Source: a virus
Strand: one strand, 5' to 3'
DNA: 64,000 bases
Virus record (IMG/VR): IMGVR_UViG_3300007623_000006
Location: 47,097 to 111,096 of that record
Under the pieces are notes generated by a model. The model was not told where the DNA came from. It saw only the letters and a list, made by a program, of their open reading frames with translations, and made no database searches. The position numbers and the translations under genes are program-made. Numbering within the stretch: the first letter of the stretch is position 1; every line of letters starts with the position of its first letter. This document shows, piece by piece, positions 53,101 through 62,195 of the stretch.

Positions 53101-53453
53101 CTGATTATGGGTTCTATCCACATTATAGACAAAATAATCCAAGAGAAACTATTGTAGAAAAAGATGTACCTGCAGCAACATTACAAAACCAAATTGATTA
53201 TCACTTTGGTAACAAAGGATTATTAAAATATGAGCAACTTGAAGCAACATATGAGATAGATGGAAGAACATACCCAACTGCTGCTCCTAAAAATATGAGT
53301 GTTAAAGGTCCAATGAGATATGCTACTAGAGCAACATTAAGAAATATAATTGAAACTGACCCTAATAAAATCGACTGGACTACAACAGCACCAGTATACC
53401 CTCAAAATGGGGATAGAACATCATTATTCTCGGATAGATTCTTCTTACAATAA
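44140..53453 (+). CDS. Giant (~3104 aa) Tyr-rich repeat protein: one gene split by a 1-nt deletion at ~47827 (track ORFs 44140-47868 and 48885-53453)
   Basis: 47811 AGGTACATTTAGATAT-AACCAAGT vs intact repeat copy 48389 AGGTACATTTAGATATCAACCAAGT. The frame from 47829 continues the same repeat and is the frame of the 48885 ORF. Confidence 0.8.
45967..46094 (+). repeat. 72-bp in-frame duplication (NGYVLPKVGEYLREEKYTG)
   Basis: Near-identical copies at 45967 and 46039. Confidence 0.85.
46171..46373 (+). repeat. 63-bp in-frame tandem repeat x3 (LRYxxPLDDKxVRELPLGT)
   Basis: Seen in both DNA and protein. Confidence 0.85.
46620..49330 (+). repeat. ~62-66-aa degenerate repeats (FRY..IVNKxLP..YxVxNYLxQxxKHPL..PYKxI); boundaries approximate
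   Basis: More than ten successive units; near-identical DNA at 47811-47896 and 48002-48088. Confidence 0.8.
51270..52080 (+). repeat. Alternating 20/21-aa repeats (RYNNxLEKYSTNINGLTLSTP / RYxNYLNDLSVxLDTISTSGI); boundaries approximate
   Basis: Near-identical ~123-bp DNA units. Confidence 0.85.
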
Positions 53454-53459
53454 GAAGAA

Positions 53460-55460
53460 CTATATGTATTGAGCAGTAAATATTTTTATTTTATCACCAG
53501 GTAATATATCAATAAGAAATGTTATACTAGTACCATCACTTGATACTGAATACTCATCTTCATAAAGAATATTTCTATTTAAATAAACTTGCGTAAATTT
53601 AGGTGCAAGTGCCAATCCTGATAGGACACTGCCTGATACATCATCACTAGTATAAAGTGGAAGTGGTGTTAATTGTAATCTATCAAGTGGGTTATAATCT
53701 TGTAATAATTGGTCAACTTCTGATTGAGTGTATGTTTCATTTTTATTATACTTACCTTCTAATAAAATATCAGTTTGTTCGATTGTATAATAATTTGTTA
53801 AGTCAACATCAACTGCTATAGGGTCTCCATTCTCATCAACTGGAACTGTACCACCTGTATTTTCAAGTGTCGTTACTCTATTCGTAAGATTACTTAAACT
53901 TCCTTGTAAACTGCTAATATCACTCTCATTTGTACCAATTCTTACATTAAAAGTATTAACAGTATTTGTAACATTTGTAATATTTCCTTCATTTGCACTG
54001 ATTCTACCACTATGATTTGATACATCATTTTGTAATGAAATTATATCACTACTATAACCATTTACAGTATTTGTTAAAGAAGTAATATTATCTGAAATTA
54101 CACTTACATCATTTGCTGCACTGTTAGCAGTATTAACAGCATTTGTTATATTTTCACTATATCCGTTAACATTACTTTCTAATGATAACACTGTACTTTG
54201 AAGTGTACTCATGCTACCATTTAATGTTGATACAGTACCCTCGACTGCTGATATTCTACTTGTATAGCCACCTACATTATTTTCTAAAGCAGTCATATCA
54301 TTTACAAGTGAATCTACCCTACCTTCAACAGAAGTGATTCTACTTGTATAACCACCTACAGTAGTTTGTAGACCTGTCATTTCATTTTGAAGAGTTCCTA
54401 TATCAGTTTGAACTGATGAAATTGAACTTTCAACAGAATTAATTCTAGTTGTATATGAACCAACATCACCTTGTAAATCACTCATGTCACTTCTAAGGGT
54501 AGACATTAATCCTTCGAGTGTATTCATATCAGAATTTAAGTTGTATATGCTAGTTGTATGTGAGTCTATTTTTGCTTTGTTTGATGCTATATCAGATTTG
54601 TTTATACCAATATTAGTAGCATTTGTATCTGCTAATGTTCTAGTATATTGAGCATAAGATGTAGTAGCAAACTTGTTATCTGACCAACTTTTAACATCGA
54701 TTATTTCACCATCTATATATGAGTATACATTATCAAATTTACCGTCAAATTTACCTTCTATTCTTACAGTTTCATCTGTTAACCATACATCCTTAGCATC
54801 AAGTTTATTAACTTCATTCATAATTTGAGTGGTTGTCATATAGTCACCACTTTTCATATATCTAGTGTCTGCTATAGGCATAGTAAGATAATTATTATTT
54901 TGTAAATATGCTATGTTAACATTACCTGCTTCAAGTGCAAATGTAGATAAACAAAAGTTTTTTAAATCAGTGTCACCTTGGTCTACATAATCAGTTGTAA
55001 CAATACCTGATGAAAGTGTTATGTTATCTATTAAATCGTTAACTTGCTTTTGAGTATAAAAGTCTAATTTATCTATGGCATCGATAATTTGTGAAGTACT
55101 CATAGTTTCTGCTCTTGAGTATACTTCTAATTTATTGTAAGTTTCACTTTTTAAATAACATTGTCCTTTATATAGAACAACATCTTTATCCGATTTCAAG
55201 TCTATATTTTGCTGTAATTGAGCAATCCTATCGTCTATATTATCGTTAATTGTTGTGATTTCAGATACAAATGTAGTATTATCTGGAACATCAATTCTAC
55301 TAATAATTTCATCTAAATCTAAATTATCTACACCAAAGTTAGTAAATAAATTATCAACTTCTGTTTTAGAATATACATTATCAAATCCAGGTAAGGTATC
55401 ACCGTCTTTTAAAGTGTGTAACTCGTTACCAATAAGCACTACAGGTTTTACAATTGCCAT
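53460..55460 (-). CDS. Trimeric coiled-coil fibre protein
   Basis: YSKTEVD/YTQSEVD repeats, long heptads (RIxxVEG), C-terminal VYLN...Y....G.SITF...GDKI domain; GAGGA SD. Confidence 0.8.
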   Translation of the reverse strand: MAIVKPVVLIGNELHTLKDGDTLPGFDNVYSKTEVDNLFTNFGVDNLDLDEIISRIDVPDNTTFVSEITTINDNIDDRIAQLQQNIDLKSDKDVVLYKGQCYLKSETYNKLEVYSRAETMSTSQIIDAIDKLDFYTQKQVNDLIDNITLSSGIVTTDYVDQGDTDLKNFCLSTFALEAGNVNIAYLQNNNYLTMPIADTRYMKSGDYMTTTQIMNEVNKLDAKDVWLTDETVRIEGKFDGKFDNVYSYIDGEIIDVKSWSDNKFATTSYAQYTRTLADTNATNIGINKSDIASNKAKIDSHTTSIYNLNSDMNTLEGLMSTLRSDMSDLQGDVGSYTTRINSVESSISSVQTDIGTLQNEMTGLQTTVGGYTSRITSVEGRVDSLVNDMTALENNVGGYTSRISAVEGTVSTLNGSMSTLQSTVLSLESNVNGYSENITNAVNTANSAANDVSVISDNITSLTNTVNGYSSDIISLQNDVSNHSGRISANEGNITNVTNTVNTFNVRIGTNESDISSLQGSLSNLTNRVTTLENTGGTVPVDENGDPIAVDVDLTNYYTIEQTDILLEGKYNKNETYTQSEVDQLLQDYNPLDRLQLTPLPLYTSDDVSGSVLSGLALAPKFTQVYLNRNILYEDEYSVSSDGTSITFLIDILPGDKIKIFTAQYI

Positions 55461-55488
55461 ATTATTCCTCTTTTTACTCTTTCTATTG

Positions 55489-55496
55489 TATTTATT
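55489..55496 (-). promoter_or_regulatory. Late promoter variant AATAAATA for the reverse-strand fibre gene
   Basis: Same variant as 9963, 11722 and 22620; 28 nt upstream of the ATG. Confidence 0.55.
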
Positions 55497-55528
55497 TAAA
55501 CTATATTTAAGTATTTTTTCGTTATAAT
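55496..55528 (+). promoter_or_regulatory. Early/middle promoter TTAAA-N6-TTAAG-N11-TATAAT
   Basis: Recurring motif upstream of ligase ATG 55557. Confidence 0.7.
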
Positions 55529-55556
55529 ACTATATTATAAATGACAAAGGAAACAA

Positions 55557-57053
55557 ATGAGTTCAGGAATATTAGATATTTTTAAAGAGTTAAGAGCAGA
55601 TAACAGTGCAACATATAAACTTAACACATTAAAAAAATACAAAGATAACTAACAATTAAAAGAAGTTTTACTAGCAACATATACACCATTTAAACAATAC
55701 TACATCAAACAAATTCCAGAGTTTGTGAGTGGTATGAATGAAACTGGTACATTTATTACACTTGACCAAGCTATGCAGTTCCTTGAAAAATTATCAAAAA
55801 GAGAATTAACTGGTAACGCAGCAAGAGAACAATTATCATACACAATTGACCATATGGAGCAAGATGATGCAGAAGTATTAAGATTGATACTAGATAGAAG
55901 TGTGGACTGTGGTATTAGTCACAAAACAGTTAATAAAGTATGGAAAGGTCTTATAGGTGAAATTCCATATATGAGATGTGAAAAACTTACAGATAAAACT
56001 AAAAAAGGTATCAAATATCCTGCTCTAGTACAATTAAAAGCAGATGGAACATTTGTAAATGTAATCAAACATAACAAAGTAGTATCGTGTATGACTAGAA
56101 ATGGTACGGAATTTCATGTAGGTAAGATTACTGAATATTTTGAAAGAGTATTAAGTGATATAGATAATTTTGTTATCACTGGTGAAGTTGTATTATACAA
56201 AGATGGTAAAGTACTTGACAGAAAAACTGGTAATGGTAGAATCACATCATATGTTAAAAGAGAAACAACAAGAGCAAGTATACTAGAGAAACAGAAAAAA
56301 CTTGTAGATAATGGTAAACTAGAATCTGCAGCATTTAAAAAATTATCAAAAGACTTAACAGATAAAGAACTTGAGTGGATTGAAACTGAAGATATGTTAG
56401 TATTAGAGGGTTGGGATTTAATTGAATACAGTGATTGGGCAGCGGGTAAGTCTGATACACCATATACTGAAAGATTTGATAAATTTAAGGAAATATCAAA
56501 AGATTGTCCTTTTTTAGATATTATTCCAACACAAACAATAAATAACTTTGAAGAAGCACAATCATTTGCTAATCAAATGATGAGTGAAGGACTTGAGGGT
56601 GGTGTATTAAAAAATATCAATGGTCATTGGGAAAATAAAACATCTAAAAACCAAATCAAACTAAAAGCAGAAAGAGATGCTGACTTACTATGTATTGGTT
56701 ATACTCCAGGTACAGGTGACAATGAGGGTGGTATTGGTTCATTAGTTTGTGTTACAGATGACCGTTTACTTGAAGTATCTATTGGAACAGGACTTAGTAG
56801 AGATGACAGAGGACTACAAAGAGTAGATGAAAATGATATGTCGCAAGGTCTTAAGTTAAGAGATGATATAATATCAATTGATAAGTTTTTTGATGACACA
56901 TACAAAGATAAAATAATTCAAGCAGTGTATAATGAAGTAATCAATTCAAATGGTAAAGACACACATTCTTTATTTTTACCAGTATATCAAGGTGTTAGAT
57001 TTGATAAAGATACAGCAGATACACTGCCAAGACTTTTAGAAGGACAAAAATGA
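55557..57053 (+). CDS. gp30: ATP-dependent DNA ligase (gp30-like) with an in-frame TAA at 55650-55652
   Basis: AAGGA SD and ATG 55557; KYKDN*QLKEV...QYYIK aligns with the T4 ligase N-terminus; QLKADG, GEVV, EGGVLK, QIKLK, SLFLP motifs. Confidence 0.9.
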
Positions 57054-57316
57054 GAAATGTAGATATTGTTATTGATGAAATTAACAATTTAGGTAAAAAA
57101 GCAGTAGAACAAAAAGAAGTAACTGACGACTTAAAAAATTATATGTTCTACACAGGTGATTACAAAGAAGCAGCAAGTCAAATAGCAAAGAATTTTAATA
57201 AAGTTGGAATTTATTCTGCTTCATTGATTGACATCCAAGACAATGGTAAAGTTTTAAAAAGAGTAAACATTAGACTTAGGAACTTAGAAAATAATTTAAG
57301 AAAAAAGGAACTGTAG
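57050..57316 (+). CDS. Hypothetical protein
   Basis: AAGGA SD, ATGA overlap. Confidence 0.65.
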   Translation: MRNVDIVIDEINNLGKKAVEQKEVTDDLKNYMFYTGDYKEAASQIAKNFNKVGIYSASLIDIQDNGKVLKRVNIRLRNLENNLRKKEL

Positions 57317-57765
57317 TGGAAATTTCTAAAGAAGAATTACAAAAAATGTCATTTGAAGTACTAAACAATATCAAAACAACATTAGCAAACAAAGTTATTA
57401 ATGTAAACACAAATAAAAAATATAGTGATATGTTTAAACAGTCACTTATCACAAGTGTATACGATGAAATGATTGAATATGTAGATGAAAATGGTAGACC
57501 AGATATTAGAACCTTAAACGAAACTGAAATGGAACTATTAGGATTTGGAAAATGGGACGAGGACACTGGTTTAAGACTAATTCCACTATGGGCAAAACCA
57601 TTTATTAAAAACATTGAAGTAACAGCAATTGACGGTGAAAAAATTATGTTAGACCAAGCAGACAATGATATTAGGTTTGGTTGTATTGCTTATGGTATTA
57701 TTCCAGATGGATATGTTAAAGATGAAACAAAAGGTCAATTTGTACCTAAAGGTATAGAGTCTTAA
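57316..57765 (+). CDS. Hypothetical phage protein
   Basis: AAGGA SD, GTG start; LGFGKWDE...LIPLW...DIRFGCIAYG. Confidence 0.7.
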   Translation: MEISKEELQKMSFEVLNNIKTTLANKVINVNTNKKYSDMFKQSLITSVYDEMIEYVDENGRPDIRTLNETEMELLGFGKWDEDTGLRLIPLWAKPFIKNIEVTAIDGEKIMLDQADNDIRFGCIAYGIIPDGYVKDETKGQFVPKGIES

Positions 57766-57794
57766 GTTGTATTTAAGGTAAAATATAATATACT
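57762..57794 (+). promoter_or_regulatory. Promoter TTAAG-N6-TTAAG-N11-TATACT
   Basis: Best match to the recurring motif. Confidence 0.6.
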
Positions 57795-57801
57795 ATAAAA
57801 A

Positions 57802-57825
57802 TGTTAGGGTATACTAACCCTAACA
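57802..57825 (+). terminator. Hairpin, possible terminator
   Basis: TGTTAGGGT-ATACTA-ACCCTAACA; no U-tract on +. Confidence 0.5.
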
Positions 57826-57871
57826 AAAACACTTACATAAATATACTTATAAACATAAAAGGAATACCACT

Positions 57872-58198
57872 ATGATTAAATTCAAAGAACATTTAAAAGA
57901 AGCAAAAAGTGATTATGTGATTTATCATAACTCTTATTCTTCAGCAGTACAAGAAATTGAAGACTATGCTAAGAAAAATGGTTATACACTTGACGACGAA
58001 ACTGACACTGAAAACATTGGTGACCAAATGGCAACTAAAATTGGTTTAGGTCCAAAAAAACCAAGAGAAGGTGAAACTAATAAATTTCACTTAGAACTGT
58101 ATAAAAATAATAAACTTATTAAAAAAATGTTACACGCACAAGTATACAATAGAGGTACTAATGGTAACGAGTACGAGTTAAATTGTTACATTGGATAA
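57872..58198 (+). CDS. Candidate capsid internal protein
   Basis: N-terminus MIKFKEHLKEA resembles the T4 capsid-targeting sequence; late-like CATAAATA at 57836-43. Confidence 0.6.
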   Translation: MIKFKEHLKEAKSDYVIYHNSYSSAVQEIEDYAKKNGYTLDDETDTENIGDQMATKIGLGPKKPREGETNKFHLELYKNNKLIKKMLHAQVYNRGTNGNEYELNCYIG

Positions 58199-58202
58199 TA
58201 AT

Positions 58203-59135
58203 ATGAAACTTTTTAGTGAACACTTAAATAATGAATTTTCTGTTGAACCTTTAAATGAAGCACAACAAAAATATGATATAAAATCTAAATATGACTATTA
58301 TAACAAAACCTTATTCAATGGTGAACTACCGGATAATTTTAAGATGAGATTCAGTAGAACAAAAAAAGCAGGTGGTCATGTTAGAACAATGTATTGGACT
58401 AAAGGTAGAGGTAGATACCAAACTGTTACGAGATGGGAAATAGAAGAATTAATGTTAAGTACATTTTTCTTAAGAACAGAAGAACAGTTAGATTCTATCC
58501 TAGTACACGAAATGATTCATGTGTGGTTAACTGCTAATGAAATGCATGAAGGTTATAATGTAAAATTACACGGACCAGAATTTGTACAAAAAATGGGTGA
58601 GTTACAATCTAAAGTACCATTCCAAATTTCACTTTATGACACACCAGACCAAAGAGGTGATTTATCTACAAGAAGTAAAAGTCTTGAAGTTGGAGTACTT
58701 GTAACACTAGTAAATGGTAAAGCAGATTCTATAGCAGTATTCACTAAAAAAACATTAGAAGATAATTTGGAAAGACTTAAAGAAATTATGAATAAAAATG
58801 CCGAACCAGGATTAGAAATTATATTTGGTTTAAGTTCACACCCAACACTAGAAACATTTAAAATTAAAAGAAGTGTATCAAGATTTTCACTATATCACTA
58901 CAACGATGAACAATGGGACAATTTACAAAAAGATTTCACAGAACTTGAAAGAATATCTGCAAGTGGAGAAGTGTCACCTGCTAAAATACAAAAAAGACTG
59001 AACGATGAACTTTTCTCTGCTACTATGAAACTGATGGCAAGTAAACCTGGGTCTAAAAAACAAGAAGAATTAAAAGTTCAAGTAAACACTCTAAGAAAAA
59101 AACTTAATATGGAACCTATGGAGTTCTCTAAGTAA
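58203..59135 (+). CDS. SprT-like zinc metalloprotease, candidate internal head protein
   Basis: YNKTLFNGELP, KKAGG, LVHEMIH, HGPEF; N-terminus MKLFSEHLNNE...LNEA. Confidence 0.85.
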   Translation: MKLFSEHLNNEFSVEPLNEAQQKYDIKSKYDYYNKTLFNGELPDNFKMRFSRTKKAGGHVRTMYWTKGRGRYQTVTRWEIEELMLSTFFLRTEEQLDSILVHEMIHVWLTANEMHEGYNVKLHGPEFVQKMGELQSKVPFQISLYDTPDQRGDLSTRSKSLEVGVLVTLVNGKADSIAVFTKKTLEDNLERLKEIMNKNAEPGLEIIFGLSSHPTLETFKIKRSVSRFSLYHYNDEQWDNLQKDFTELERISASGEVSPAKIQKRLNDELFSATMKLMASKPGSKKQEELKVQVNTLRKKLNMEPMEFSK

Positions 59136-59160
59136 ATTTTAAGTACAATTCCAGTATAAT
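59128..59160 (+). promoter_or_regulatory. Early/middle promoter CTAAG-N6-TTAAG-N11-TATAAT
   Basis: Recurring motif. Confidence 0.7.
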
Positions 59161-59192
59161 ATTATTATAAAACAAAATACAGGAATTGTAAG

Positions 59193-59609
59193 ATGAAAGA
59201 ACTTTTTAAACTCAATGTAGGTGATATAGTAGAACTTAACAAAAAAGATTTAGAAAACTCAGTAGAAATATCAGATAAAGAATTAGATAGTTTAATAGAT
59301 GATGACTCAGCTATGTACCAGTTTATTAACTTAGGTAAAGTAGACTTTGCTGGTGAAACAATGTTTATGATTTTTCCAATTGAAGGTGATTGGGAATCTA
59401 CATTTTACTACTGCTACCACACTGAAGTGTATCACACAGGAACATCATCAACAGAACAAATTATAGAATGCTTTAAAACAAGACTAATGTATGCTTTGAC
59501 TTGTTACTTAGAACACCCAGACGATTACCTAGATAAAGAAATCGAAATCGCTAGAGCAGCACTCCAAACATTAAAAACTGTTAAGGAACTTGATGAAGTA
59601 TCTAGATAA
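59193..59609 (+). CDS. Hypothetical acidic protein
   Basis: AGGA SD, promoter upstream. Confidence 0.7.
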   Translation: MKELFKLNVGDIVELNKKDLENSVEISDKELDSLIDDDSAMYQFINLGKVDFAGETMFMIFPIEGDWESTFYYCYHTEVYHTGTSSTEQIIECFKTRLMYALTCYLEHPDDYLDKEIEIARAALQTLKTVKELDEVSR

Positions 59610-60186
59610 CTTTACAAGTTTTGACCCAATTACTAACTTTCGTATGATTAATAGATTTTTGGTTACACTGGGTCTATCAATCCTACTTCCAGTTATAATG
59701 GACTTGAAAGGTGAATTACTTGCCCCTTATGTAATTTCAATGCTACTAATTGCTGAAACACTTGCTGTTAAAACTCACAAGAGACTAGTAAGATTAAAAC
59801 TTTCAACTCTTTATAAGTTAGGTACTGGTGTACACATCGTTCTACTAGCGGTTATAACACTTTACTTTTATAGCCCTTTAACATTTATAGTACTGGTGTC
59901 TATTTTTGCTATTATTGAAATTGCTATTTTTGGTGCTTTTTCTATAGAACTAGATGTTTACCAAAGCAAACATCACCACGAAGATGTACAGAGATTTAAA
60001 GTTGTGAGAAATTCTGTTGTTGCTGATGTTACACTCTTAGGACTAATGATATCTACGGGATTAACTCTACTAAACCCAACTTACGCTGTAATAGCATCAT
60101 TGGCGGTACACACGATTTTTTCTTGGTACTTCCTAAGAAATTGGAATTATATTGAAAGGAACTCATTAGATGAAAGATTATCTTAA
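59593..60186 (+). CDS. Polytopic membrane protein (~6 TM, half-MFS-like)
   Basis: Six hydrophobic segments by eye; AAGGA SD. Confidence 0.7.
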   Translation: MKYLDNFTSFDPITNFRMINRFLVTLGLSILLPVIMDLKGELLAPYVISMLLIAETLAVKTHKRLVRLKLSTLYKLGTGVHIVLLAVITLYFYSPLTFIVLVSIFAIIEIAIFGAFSIELDVYQSKHHHEDVQRFKVVRNSVVADVTLLGLMISTGLTLLNPTYAVIASLAVHTIFSWYFLRNWNYIERNSLDERLS

Positions 60187-60478
60187 AACCCTAGAATCTA
60201 TTATAAAAGATTACTCGATAGATAAGGTTAAACTTGCTATAGAATTAAATGCTAAACCTGATATGTCCCTCCCTGACTTGGAATACTCATCAGAAAGAGC
60301 AATACTCAGATATAAACCTAAAGATAAAGCATTCCAAATTACTTACGACTTGTCTTGGGTTGCTGAAATTCTTGATGATGACTTTTACACTCTCCTCTCC
60401 TCAGGTGATAGAGAATCTAAACTGGAAGCACTCCTTCTACTACTGATTAAATTGAAACCTGACCTGAAATTTCATTGA
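60170..60478 (+). CDS. Hypothetical protein
   Basis: AAGGA SD, overlaps the previous gene. Confidence 0.6.
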   Translation: MKDYLKTLESIIKDYSIDKVKLAIELNAKPDMSLPDLEYSSERAILRYKPKDKAFQITYDLSWVAEILDDDFYTLLSSGDRESKLEALLLLLIKLKPDLKFH

Positions 60479-60715
60479 ATAGTTGCTTATCTGTATGTAC
60501 AAATAAAATGGTATAAATATACTGGTAAAAGGTAACATTTGAATACAAGATATATAATAAATGATATTAACGATTCTTTAGGATTCGACAGTAAAATAAT
60601 ATAAAGACGCTTAAGGTCCTTTTAAGTATAATTTTATATAATACATTTATTTATGTGCCCTACAAATGTTACTTGAATGAAGTAAAATTTAAATAAGAGT
60701 GGAGGAAACCTTGCT

Positions 60716-61081
60716 ATGACGAAGAAAAAAAAGAAGCGTAACAAACCATCACATTTAAAACATAAACTTATGGTAAGAATGACTGATAAAGAGTATGCGT
60801 TCTTACAGTCGATAAAGAATCAAGGTATGAGTATGTCAGAGTTCCTTAGAACTTCTATGAAGATGACAGAGAGATACAGAAAGTTTATCAAACTAGTGGA
60901 TGGTGGTATTACACCAGAAGAGATATCAGAGTTACAACGAATCAAGGATGAGCGTGAGCAGGCAGAACGACAACGACTTGCTGAATTGGGTGAACTTGAT
61001 ACGGGTGACGGTGTGGATGGTGTGGATGGTACTAAACCAAAACAACCAAAAGAAACAGACCTGAGTGGGTTTGGATTTTAA
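60716..61081 (+). CDS. Ribbon-helix-helix (CopG/MobC-like) DNA-binding protein
   Basis: KLMVRMTDKEYAFLQSIKNQGMSMSEFLR; GGAGG SD. Confidence 0.7.
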   Translation: MTKKKKKRNKPSHLKHKLMVRMTDKEYAFLQSIKNQGMSMSEFLRTSMKMTERYRKFIKLVDGGITPEEISELQRIKDEREQAERQRLAELGELDTGDGVDGVDGTKPKQPKETDLSGFGF

Positions 61082-61089
61082 TTGAGGAG

Positions 61090-61464
61090 ATGGATATGAT
61101 AAGAAGTATGGCAATAGAAGCATTACAACGAAAAATTAGTGAAAAACACGGACAGAAGGCACATCCTGCTACTGTGACTGATGTTATGAATGGTGAGGGT
61201 ATCAGTGAGGTGGATGCACTAGTATATCTGTTAGAGAACGGATTAGGGTATGAAGCACCAGTTGCACCTGTAGCAGACACAAATGACTTACTAGTTAACA
61301 GTCCTACTGAGGTAGAGTACGAGGATGACTTGATGACAGAGGACTTACCTGTAGCAGAGCCACAACCTGACTTAGACTCTACTGAAGAGGTCGAAGCAGT
61401 CGAAGAAGTTCCAGCTGAGGTAAAACCACCTAAAAAACGAGCAAAAGTAAGAAAGCGGAAGTAA
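61090..61464 (+). CDS. Acidic low-complexity protein with a basic tail
   Basis: GAGGAG SD; E/D/P-rich; ends KKRAKVRKRK. Confidence 0.7.
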   Translation: MDMIRSMAIEALQRKISEKHGQKAHPATVTDVMNGEGISEVDALVYLLENGLGYEAPVAPVADTNDLLVNSPTEVEYEDDLMTEDLPVAEPQPDLDSTEEVEAVEEVPAEVKPPKKRAKVRKRK

Positions 61465-61480
61465 TCTTAACTCAACTCCT

Positions 61481-61513
61481 AGGAGAAGTGTATAACGGAT
61501 ACACAATTCTCCT
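61481..61513 (+). terminator. Hairpin after the RHH operon
   Basis: AGGAGAA-GTGTAT-AACGG-ATACAC-AA-TTCTCCT. Confidence 0.6.
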
Positions 61514-61627
61514 TAAACTACTTAAACTCTACAAAACACACTATACTATAGCAATCTAAAGAAAAAATTAAAAATCCTAACATAATGTAACCTAATAATA
61601 CCTAAGGTATAATAGAGTTTCTTTAGT

Positions 61628-61660
61628 TTCAGGAGGAATAAAGGCAATATATGGTATAAT
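61628..61660 (+). promoter_or_regulatory. Promoter TTCAG-N6-TAAAG-N11-TATAAT (TGn extended) firing into non-coding DNA
   Basis: Same spacing as the promoters at 62232 and 63113. Confidence 0.55.
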
Positions 61661-61666
61661 CTATAT

Positions 61667-62195
61667 AAAGTGTCAACTAAAAATGAAAAAATGTCCTTAT
61701 GGTGTGTTTTTTATTAAATAGAGAATAAAATATTCTTGACTTTTACAGAATCCCACGATAAGGTAGGTTTCACTTGCCTATGTCAAAAGAGCAAACTTGT
61801 AATCACTAATATTTTAATACCCGTGAAGAGAATTGGTACTAGCTTAGCGTTATCAACCAACGGTTCTACATTTAAACTTACCTTAGAACTAGGTCTTAGA
61901 TATATAAAGTATATCAGTCTAATATGGATGCATAATTTCAGTTCTTTTATGCTATGAACAAAAAATGCTTTTTAAAGTTGTTAACCTCAACATGAATGAA
62001 TGATTAATGTCATTTTCTTTGACTGGAATTATGTTAGACACGATAGTTGATGCAGCAAGGTCTCAAATCAAATATTCTGAAAAAACTTTCTTAGTCAGCG
62101 GTATTCCCCGAAGGTCGTGAATGAGGGTTTAAACATTGTTGAATACTGAATTTTACCCAAGGTTCAGGTCTGTAATACAGTGAATTCTTACAGTT
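61667..62195. ncRNA. Candidate large structured non-coding RNA (or origin transcript)
   Basis: No credible ORF; a dense run of short inverted repeats; lies between a + early-type promoter and a - strand TATAAATA (62195-62202). Confidence 0.4.

Noticed and set aside
44140-53453. Diversity-generating retroelement TR/VR pair or CRISPR array among the repeats
   Set aside because: Repeats are in-frame coding units without unique spacers, I saw no adenine-restricted mismatch pattern, and there is no reverse transcriptase or cas gene in the window
53454-55500. Invertible fibre cassette (Gin/shufflon type)
   Set aside because: No flanking inverted repeats or recombinase seen; the gene is complete with its own promoter and SD
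61736-61957. 73-aa TTG ORF in the non-coding tract
   Set aside because: No SD, atypical codon and amino-acid usage; better explained as structured non-coding sequence
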